Part shown: piece by piece, positions 57,869-64,000 of the stretch | Position numbering within the stretch: position 1 is the first letter of the stretch | Layout: each line of letters begins with the position of its first letter | Origin: an uncultured Draconibacterium sp. | GTDB lineage: Bacteria > Bacteroidota > Bacteroidia > Bacteroidales > Prolixibacteraceae | Assembly (NCBI GenBank): GCA_963676775.2 | Contig: CAXXDA010000001.1 | Span: forward strand, 12,615-76,614 | Direction of reading: 5' to 3' | DNA length: 64,000 nucleotides | Notes under the pieces: model-generated | Told to the model about the DNA's origin: nothing | The model's database searches: none | The model's input: only the letters and a program-made list of their open reading frames with translations | Position numbers and translations under genes: made by a program

Positions 57869-60340
57869 TTATTCGTGGATATAAACCCTTTTCACACGTT
57901 GCGAAATTCCTGTTAAGATTTCATACGGTATAGTGCCAACTTTTTCTGCTACTTCCGAAACTGAAATATTGTTACCAAAAAATTCAGCTTCATCTCCCGG
58001 AGTTACATCCACTCCTGTTACATCCAGCATTAGCATGTCCATACAAATGTTTCCTACAATAGGGACCCGTTTGTTATTTACAAAAGCAAATCCGTTTTTG
58101 TTGCTCAGTTTTCGGTCGAGTCCATCGGCATACCCCAGGGGAACAACAGCAATTTTGCTTTCTTTTTGAATTTTTCCTTTTCGGCCATATCCCACGGTTT
58201 CATATGGTTGAACCGTTTTTACCTGCGAAATAGTACTTTTTAATGATCCAATATTATCGAGTGGCAGGCCTGTAACGGAAATGCCGTACAGCCCAATACC
58301 CAGACGCACCATTTCAAATTGTTTCCCGGGGAATCGCTCAATGCCTGCTGAATTTAGAATGTGTCGATCGATTTTGTATGGAAATTCATTTGAAATCAAA
58401 GAAAATTGTTGATCAAAATTATTGAATTGCTGAAGGGTGAATGCATCAAAATCAGGTTCATCACTGGCAGCGAGATGCGAAAATACCGAGCTGATTTTGA
58501 TGTGGTTGGTTGTTTTTATTATCTCAATGGCTTCGTTTATTTCATCTGCTGTTTTAAATCCCAGGCGATTCATTCCTGTGTCTATTTTTAAATGAATGGG
58601 ATATTCAGAAATTGCATTTTGGGAAACAGCTTTCAGAAATTCATTTAGTAAGTCTACACTGTAAATGTTCGCATCTAATTGGTAATCTATCATATTCTGA
58701 AAGCTGTGTGCTTCCGGATTCATCACGATTATTGGTGTCCGAATTCCGGCATTTCGTAATTGTACTCCTTCATCGGCCACAGCTACAGCCAGGTAATCTA
58801 CATTCTGAAATTGAAGCAACTTCGCAATCTCGACATCGCCGCTTCCGTATGAAAATGCTTTCACCATGACCATTATTTTCGTTTCAGGTTTAAGCCGGTT
58901 CCGAAATACATTTAAATTGTGCACCAATGCATTCAAATGAATTTCGAGTGTGGTTTGATGAGCTTTTTGCTGAAGAAGACCGGAAATTTTTTCAAAAGTA
59001 AATTGGCGGGCGCCTTTCATAAGAATAACCGATGATTGAAATTGTTCGCGACGAAAAGCCTGCTCAAATTCTGTAACCGAGGAATAAAATTTTTTCTTTC
59101 TGGAAAAAAGGTTGGCATGAGTCGATATTTCTTCGCCAATTCCGATCAATTCGTCAATTTCCCATTCGCTTAACAACTCATCTACTTGTTGGTATAATTT
59201 ATTTTGCGGAATTCCGGTTTGCTGAATATCAGATAAAATCACCATCTTGTTAAGATGCTCTTTAGCTGCCTGCTGATGCAAAACAGACAATGCAATGCTT
59301 AGCGAATTTAAATCTGAATTGTAATAGTCATTGATTAAAAGACACTGGTTAATTCCCTGTTTTATTTCTAACCGCATGGCAATCGGTGCCAGTTTTCCGA
59401 ACTGATAAATAACAGTTTCCGGATTTTTAAGTAAAACAAATGATGCCGCAAAACAGTGACAGGCATTTTCAACGGCCGAATGATTGGTAAATGGGATTTT
59501 AATTGTTAATGTATTTCCATTAACTGTGGCTTTTAAATCTGTTGAATTATCTTTTTTTCGGGATGAAATTTGAATGAATGCCGGATTGTTTTTTAACGAC
59601 CAGCTTATTTCTTTAATGTTATTTGTTTTACAATACTGACTCGTTTCTTCGGCCAGCATTTTTGAATCCGCACAGTATATTATTTTTTGGGTATGCTGAA
59701 AAAGCTGAAGTTTTTCCCTGATTTTTTGCTTAACTGATTTGAAATTTTCCTGATGCGCATCGCCAATGTTGGTGAATATTCCTATTTCAGGAAGAATTAT
59801 TTTCTCCAGTTTTTGCATCTCACCGGGTTTCGAAATTCCGGCTTCAAAAATGGCCAGGTTGAAATTTTCATTCATCAGTAAAACCGAAAGAGGAACGCCC
59901 ACCTGTGAATTGTAACTTTTCGGGCTTCGGATGATTTTAAATTTTGAGGACAGAATGTCGTGTAGCCATTCTTTTATAATGGTTTTTCCATTGCTCCCGG
60001 TAATTCCAACTACCGGATAGTTGTATTTATTCCGGATAAATGCAGCCAGTTTTTGCAACGCAGCAGTTGTATTTTCTGCCAGAATAAACGTTGCCTCTTT
60101 TTGAATGACATTTTGGTCAGATACAACATAGGTTTTCATCCCTTTTTCAAGCAATCTCGGAATATAATTATGGCCATTGTTGCGTGGCCCGGTTAATGCA
60201 AAAAACACTGATTCAGCGCCATTGAAAAATGTTCGGCTGTCAGTTACAACATGGGTAATTTTTTCGTCAGAGAAATCAGTTGCACGGAAAAGCTTTCCAT
60301 TAATAATATGTGCAATTTCATTTGCGGTTAAATCAATCAT
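57869..60340 (-). CDS. murF: Bifunctional UDP-MurNAc-tripeptide--D-Ala-D-Ala ligase (MurF) / alanine racemase (Alr) fusion
   Basis: 823 aa. The N-terminal Mur ligase has 'GITGSNGKT'. The C-terminal roughly 365 aa form an alanine racemase with PLP-Lys '[11 protein letters not shown]' and a terminal 'CMDMLMLDV'. Confidence 0.9.
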   Translation of the reverse strand: MIDLTANEIAHIINGKLFRATDFSDEKITHVVTDSRTFFNGAESVFFALTGPRNNGHNYIPRLLEKGMKTYVVSDQNVIQKEATFILAENTTAALQKLAAFIRNKYNYPVVGITGSNGKTIIKEWLHDILSSKFKIIRSPKSYNSQVGVPLSVLLMNENFNLAIFEAGISKPGEMQKLEKIILPEIGIFTNIGDAHQENFKSVKQKIREKLQLFQHTQKIIYCADSKMLAEETSQYCKTNNIKEISWSLKNNPAFIQISSRKKDNSTDLKATVNGNTLTIKIPFTNHSAVENACHCFAASFVLLKNPETVIYQFGKLAPIAMRLEIKQGINQCLLINDYYNSDLNSLSIALSVLHQQAAKEHLNKMVILSDIQQTGIPQNKLYQQVDELLSEWEIDELIGIGEEISTHANLFSRKKKFYSSVTEFEQAFRREQFQSSVILMKGARQFTFEKISGLLQQKAHQTTLEIHLNALVHNLNVFRNRLKPETKIMVMVKAFSYGSGDVEIAKLLQFQNVDYLAVAVADEGVQLRNAGIRTPIIVMNPEAHSFQNMIDYQLDANIYSVDLLNEFLKAVSQNAISEYPIHLKIDTGMNRLGFKTADEINEAIEIIKTTNHIKISSVFSHLAASDEPDFDAFTLQQFNNFDQQFSLISNEFPYKIDRHILNSAGIERFPGKQFEMVRLGIGLYGISVTGLPLDNIGSLKSTISQVKTVQPYETVGYGRKGKIQKESKIAVVPLGYADGLDRKLSNKNGFAFVNNKRVPIVGNICMDMLMLDVTGVDVTPGDEAEFFGNNISVSEVAEKVGTIPYEILTGISQRVKRVYIHE

Positions 60341-60918
60341 TCTTTTTTATTTGCCTCCAGATAGCAACTTCTGCATAAAGGTTCGTAAATGTCTTTTTCG
60401 CCCAGCAAAACTACTTGCTCTTTTTCTGAAAGACGATGTGAAAACTGTGCAACATTACCACATCGTACGCAAATAGCGTGTACCTTGGTTACGTAGTCTG
60501 CCACTGCCATTAACCCCGGAATGGGGCCAAAAGGAACACCTTTGAAATCCATGTCGAGGCCGGCAACAATTACTCTGGTACCCATATTAGCCAGTTGAGT
60601 GACCACATCAACAAGTCCTTTATCAAAAAACTGGGCTTCATCGATGCCAATAACGTCGACATCTCCCCGCAGCAATAAAATATTGGCCGAGTTTTCAACC
60701 GGAGTAGAACGAATACTGTTTTCGTCATGCGAAACGACTTCCAATTCAGAATAGCGTACATCAATTGCCGGTTTATAAATTTCTACCTTTTGTCTGGCAA
60801 TTTTTGCCCGTTTCAGACGGCGAATTAACTCTTCTGTTTTCCCCGAAAACATCGATCCGACAACAACTTCTATGGTGCCTACTTTTTTATGGTGGTTTAC
60901 ATCCCTTTCAATAAACAT
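60337..60918 (-). CDS. tdk: Thymidine kinase
   Basis: 193 aa with P-loop '[12 protein letters not shown]', 'IGIDEAQFF' and the zinc ribbon 'CVRCG...CRSCY'. ATGA overlap with murF-alr. Confidence 0.95.
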   Translation of the reverse strand: MFIERDVNHHKKVGTIEVVVGSMFSGKTEELIRRLKRAKIARQKVEIYKPAIDVRYSELEVVSHDENSIRSTPVENSANILLLRGDVDVIGIDEAQFFDKGLVDVVTQLANMGTRVIVAGLDMDFKGVPFGPIPGLMAVADYVTKVHAICVRCGNVAQFSHRLSEKEQVVLLGEKDIYEPLCRSCYLEANKKE

Positions 60919-60987
60919 TTAGCGTTATATGAATAAGAAATTAGTACTTTTACAAAAATAAACTTTAAAAATAATAGCCTGCACGGA

Positions 60988-61821
60988 ATGGAAAATAAAA
61001 AACTGGTAAAAATTTTATTGAAGGATATGACCGATCTCGAAGAAATGATTGCCGAGGTGAAAGCCAGAGGCGAGTTTGATGTTCTGGAAATGGAGATTCT
61101 ACATACCCGATCAAAAGGAATTTTACAACTGATGCAATTGTTAAATGGAATGGAACCGGCCGGGATTGTACCAAATATGCCTATTCATAAAGAGGCAGAA
61201 AAAGAATCCGAAAAGCCAGTACAGTCAATTCCCGAAGAACATGAAGAAAAAGAAGAGAATGAAGAAAAGATATCTGTGGAAGCGGAAGTAAAAAAGACAC
61301 ATGAAGAAAAGCAGGTGATAAACGTTCAGGAACCCGAAGAAAAGCAGGAAGAGGCAAAGGAAGAACTCGCTGTAGAAGAGCAGGAAACACCAAATGAAGT
61401 TGCAGGTGAAATCATTAAAGAAGAAATAAGAGAAGAACCGGCTGCGGAGAAACAAAAAAATGATGATGTTGAACTGGAAGAAGAAGAAATAGTGGAAGCT
61501 AATCAACGTCTTGGAGATAGCTTTTTAAAGGGAAAATCGGTGAATGACATTCTGGCCGATCAGAACAAACTCGAATTTAAACTTTCTAATCGTCCGGTAG
61601 TAAGTATTCAATCGGCTATCGGTATAAATGACAGATTTCAGTATATCAGAGAATTATTTGACGGGAGTGCTGAAAGTTTTGCCCAAACGGTAAGCGATTT
61701 AGATAAGATGAACAACATTAATGAGGCGGTGAAGTATTTACAGCAAAATTTTAAATGGAAGAAGAACGAAACCAGCCTTAAATTTGTAAATCTGATAAAA
61801 AGACGTTTTGCAAATGCCTGA
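60988..61821 (+). CDS. Hypothetical protein with a long Glu/Lys-rich acidic linker
   Basis: 277 aa. Structured N-terminal (about 65 aa) and C-terminal ('SIQSAIGINDRFQYIRELF') domains are separated by about 110 aa of E/K-rich low complexity. Confidence 0.6.
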   Translation: MENKKLVKILLKDMTDLEEMIAEVKARGEFDVLEMEILHTRSKGILQLMQLLNGMEPAGIVPNMPIHKEAEKESEKPVQSIPEEHEEKEENEEKISVEAEVKKTHEEKQVINVQEPEEKQEEAKEELAVEEQETPNEVAGEIIKEEIREEPAAEKQKNDDVELEEEEIVEANQRLGDSFLKGKSVNDILADQNKLEFKLSNRPVVSIQSAIGINDRFQYIRELFDGSAESFAQTVSDLDKMNNINEAVKYLQQNFKWKKNETSLKFVNLIKRRFANA

Positions 61822-62506
61822 TGCCGGAAAACTTATTTTGGTTCCTACACCGATCGGTAACCTAGAAGATATAACTCTTCGGGCAATTTCAGTATTGAAG
61901 CAGGCGGATGTTATTTTAGCTGAAGATACACGCGTTTCTTCGAAGCTGCTCAAGCATCTGGAGATTGAGAAAAAATTACTGCCACATCATAAATTTAATG
62001 AGCACAAAACTACAGCCTCCATTGTTGCAAAACTGAATGAAGGTATGCTGGTAGCTCTTATTTCCGATGCCGGTACACCTGCGATCTCAGATCCGGGATT
62101 TTTACTTGTGAGAGCTTGTGTTGAGCATAATATTGTTATAGAGTGTTTACCAGGCGCCACAGCGTTGATCCCCGCGCTGGCGGTTTCAGGGTTACCCACT
62201 GATAAATTTGTGTTTGAGGGATTTTTACCACAAAAGAAAGGCCGGCAAAAAAGAATTACTCAACTGACCGAGGAGATTCGAACCATGGTTTTTTATGAAT
62301 CGCCTTTCCGGTTGGTTAAAGCATTAACCCAGTTTGGCGAATTTTTTGGACATGAAAGGCAGGCCTGTGTGTGCCGTGAAATCAGTAAAATGTTCGAAGA
62401 AATAAAGCGCGGTACTATTGGAGAGTTGGCCGAATATTACAATGCTAATCCTCCTAAAGGAGAGATTGTGATTGTGGTGCAGGGTATTCCCAAAAATGAC
62501 AAATAG
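61814..62506 (+). CDS. rsmI: 16S rRNA (cytidine1402-2'-O)-methyltransferase
   Basis: From ATG 61814: 'LILVPTPIGNLEDITLRA', 'EDTR', 'SDAGTPAISDPG'. The ORF-track start at 61808 is a TTG. Overlaps the upstream gene by 8 nt. Confidence 0.92.
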   Translation: MPDAGKLILVPTPIGNLEDITLRAISVLKQADVILAEDTRVSSKLLKHLEIEKKLLPHHKFNEHKTTASIVAKLNEGMLVALISDAGTPAISDPGFLLVRACVEHNIVIECLPGATALIPALAVSGLPTDKFVFEGFLPQKKGRQKRITQLTEEIRTMVFYESPFRLVKALTQFGEFFGHERQACVCREISKMFEEIKRGTIGELAEYYNANPPKGEIVIVVQGIPKNDK

Positions 62507-62593
62507 TATTTGTTGGAAAGAAATAAAAATTACCTTTACGTTCCTGTTTATGTTTGCTAGCTTTTAAATCGAACTATTTCACACAAAAAAGGA

Positions 62594-64000
62594 ATGAGAG
62601 GGACTTGTCCGTTTAATCTAATTATCATTTTACCATTTCTGTTTTTTGCTCACAACACAATGGCTCAACTCGATATCTCGGGGAGGGTAATTAATGCCGA
62701 TACAAAAGATGTACTTCCGGACGTTGATATTACTATTGAAAATAACTCCACCGTTACAACTACTGATAATAGTGGTTTTTTTCGTTTAAAAGCAAATATT
62801 GATTTGCCTGTTACACTGGTTTTAAAGTTGGATAGCTTTATTACGCGAAAGGTGCAAATTGAAAAGAATCAACAAGGCATTGAAATATTATTAAAAAAAG
62901 TATTTGTTCCGAAAGAAAATATTGAAATAATTACAGAACCGGAGATCGATGAGAAGGTAAAACGTGAAAAACGTTCAAATATTCGATTAGATATTTCAGG
63001 TCGGGTTTATGATAAAAAGGAAGAATTACCTTTGACAGGTGTTAATGTTATTGTAAAAGATACAACTATTGGTACTGCTACCGATAACAGCGGATTTTTC
63101 AGACTAACCGGAAATAAGAATTTACCTTGTGTTCTGCGCATTTCAATGGTTGGGTATAAAACTCAGGAAATAGAGGTTACAAAAAACCACAAAAATCTGA
63201 AATTTTATTTATCGAACGAATCGATTGTCAGTGGCGAAGTGGTGGTGAAAGCAAAAGAAATTGAAGTGGAACAGAAAACGTTCAGGCAGATTATTTCAAT
63301 GGAAATGATGGACGCTCTTACAATCAGAGAAACACCTTCAGCAAATTTTTACCAGGCACTTGGACATTTAAAAGGGGTTGATGTGATAATGCAAAGCATG
63401 AATTTCATGACCGTGAATGCCAGGGGATTTAATTCCACTGAAAATACCCGTTTTGTACAAATTGTGGACGGGATGGATAACATGGCGCCTGGAATGAATT
63501 TTCCCATCGGAAATATTGCCGGATTAAGTGAGCTGGATGTTGAATCTGTTGAATTTGTCCCAGGTCCAGGGGAGGTTCAATATGGAGGGAATGCCCTGAA
63601 TGGAATTTTAATGATGAAAGGGAAGGACCCGTTTAAGTATCAGGGCGTAAGTTTATACGTAAAACCAGGAGTTAGTGACATTGTTCCGGGTAGTGATCAT
63701 CCTTTTCAGTTTAGCGGAAAACCACAAATCGAAGCCTCTGTCAGAATAGCAAAAGCATTTAAAGACAAACTTGCTTTTAAGATAAATGCTTCTTATTCGA
63801 CAGGACTAGACTGGTATGCTGATGATACCACCAATATTCGCCCTGGAAATATAAAATGGGAACCAGACCCGGGGCACGATGCCATTAATAAATATGGTGA
63901 TGAGGTTACTTCTGACCTTTCTATTGGCAAAGGAGGTTCGAATGTTATTGTCTCACGCACCGGATACCGCGATAAGGATTTGATAAACAATAAGCTGGAA
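62594..64000 (+). CDS. TonB-dependent receptor with two tandem CarboxypepD_reg-like N-terminal domains (partial, runs off the right edge)
   Basis: Absent from the ORF track because there is no stop in the window. An open frame of 469 codons runs from ATG 62594 with a signal peptide (FLFFAHNTMAQ). Two 'LDISGRV...TDNSGFFRL' domains are followed by a plug-like region ('VEFVPGPGEVQYGGNALNGIL'). Confidence 0.85.
   Translation, partial: MRGTCPFNLIIILPFLFFAHNTMAQLDISGRVINADTKDVLPDVDITIENNSTVTTTDNSGFFRLKANIDLPVTLVLKLDSFITRKVQIEKNQQGIEILLKKVFVPKENIEIITEPEIDEKVKREKRSNIRLDISGRVYDKKEELPLTGVNVIVKDTTIGTATDNSGFFRLTGNKNLPCVLRISMVGYKTQEIEVTKNHKNLKFYLSNESIVSGEVVVKAKEIEVEQKTFRQIISMEMMDALTIRETPSANFYQALGHLKGVDVIMQSMNFMTVNARGFNSTENTRFVQIVDGMDNMAPGMNFPIGNIAGLSELDVESVEFVPGPGEVQYGGNALNGILMMKGKDPFKYQGVSLYVKPGVSDIVPGSDHPFQFSGKPQIEASVRIAKAFKDKLAFKINASYSTGLDWYADDTTNIRPGNIKWEPDPGHDAINKYGDEVTSDLSIGKGGSNVIVSRTGYRDKDLINNKLE

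Noticed and set aside
61181-61506. Minus-strand ORFs 61181..61393 and 61225..61506 (Phe/Leu-rich)
   Set aside because: They are the complement of the GAA/AAG-rich acidic linker of the 60988..61821 gene. This is a low-complexity artefact.
1-64000. Window-wide look for CRISPR arrays, IS elements/transposases, integrases, phage genes, toxin-antitoxin pairs, restriction-modification or other known defence modules, and tRNA/rRNA genes
   Set aside because: None found. There are no direct-repeat/spacer arrays, no recombinase-like ORFs, and no long terminal inverted repeats that I could see. Apart from 18.4-25.3 kb, the window looks like core housekeeping chromosome.

Overview
This 64-kb window reads as chromosomal, mostly housekeeping DNA from a Bacteroidota genome. 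All calls were made by eye from the translated ORFs; no searches were run. Lineage markers include a GldB-like lipoprotein, DUF2851, a MurF-Alr fusion, type III glutamine synthetase, a CarboxypepD_reg TonB-dependent receptor, TAnnTTTG -7 boxes and no Shine-Dalgarno sequences. I call about 50 protein genes, two of them frame-broken, plus 10 intrinsic terminators and a few candidate regulatory sites. I found no rRNA, tRNA, CRISPR array, transposase, integrase or recognisable defence genes. Five things stand out. (1) All three glutamine synthetase classes lie within about 10.7 kb: GSII, a GSI-like ligase and GSIII. (2) Between them sits a tight GS-like ligase / APH-fold kinase / atypical HAD-IIA operon of unknown function. 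This is my best candidate for an undescribed pathway, but the evidence is inference only. (3) Next to it is a strongly AT-rich two-gene island: a beta-propeller lipoprotein with a lone CXXCH motif and a large polytopic membrane protein. (4) gcvP is broken by five consecutive +1 frameshifts within about 320 bp, and thpR by one more. (5) Several smaller oddities: an RRDNN-repeat tail on PNPase, a secreted EDWMI-repeat miniprotein, a K+ channel with a TVGFK filter, and a TonB-dependent receptor with a duplicated N-terminal domain.
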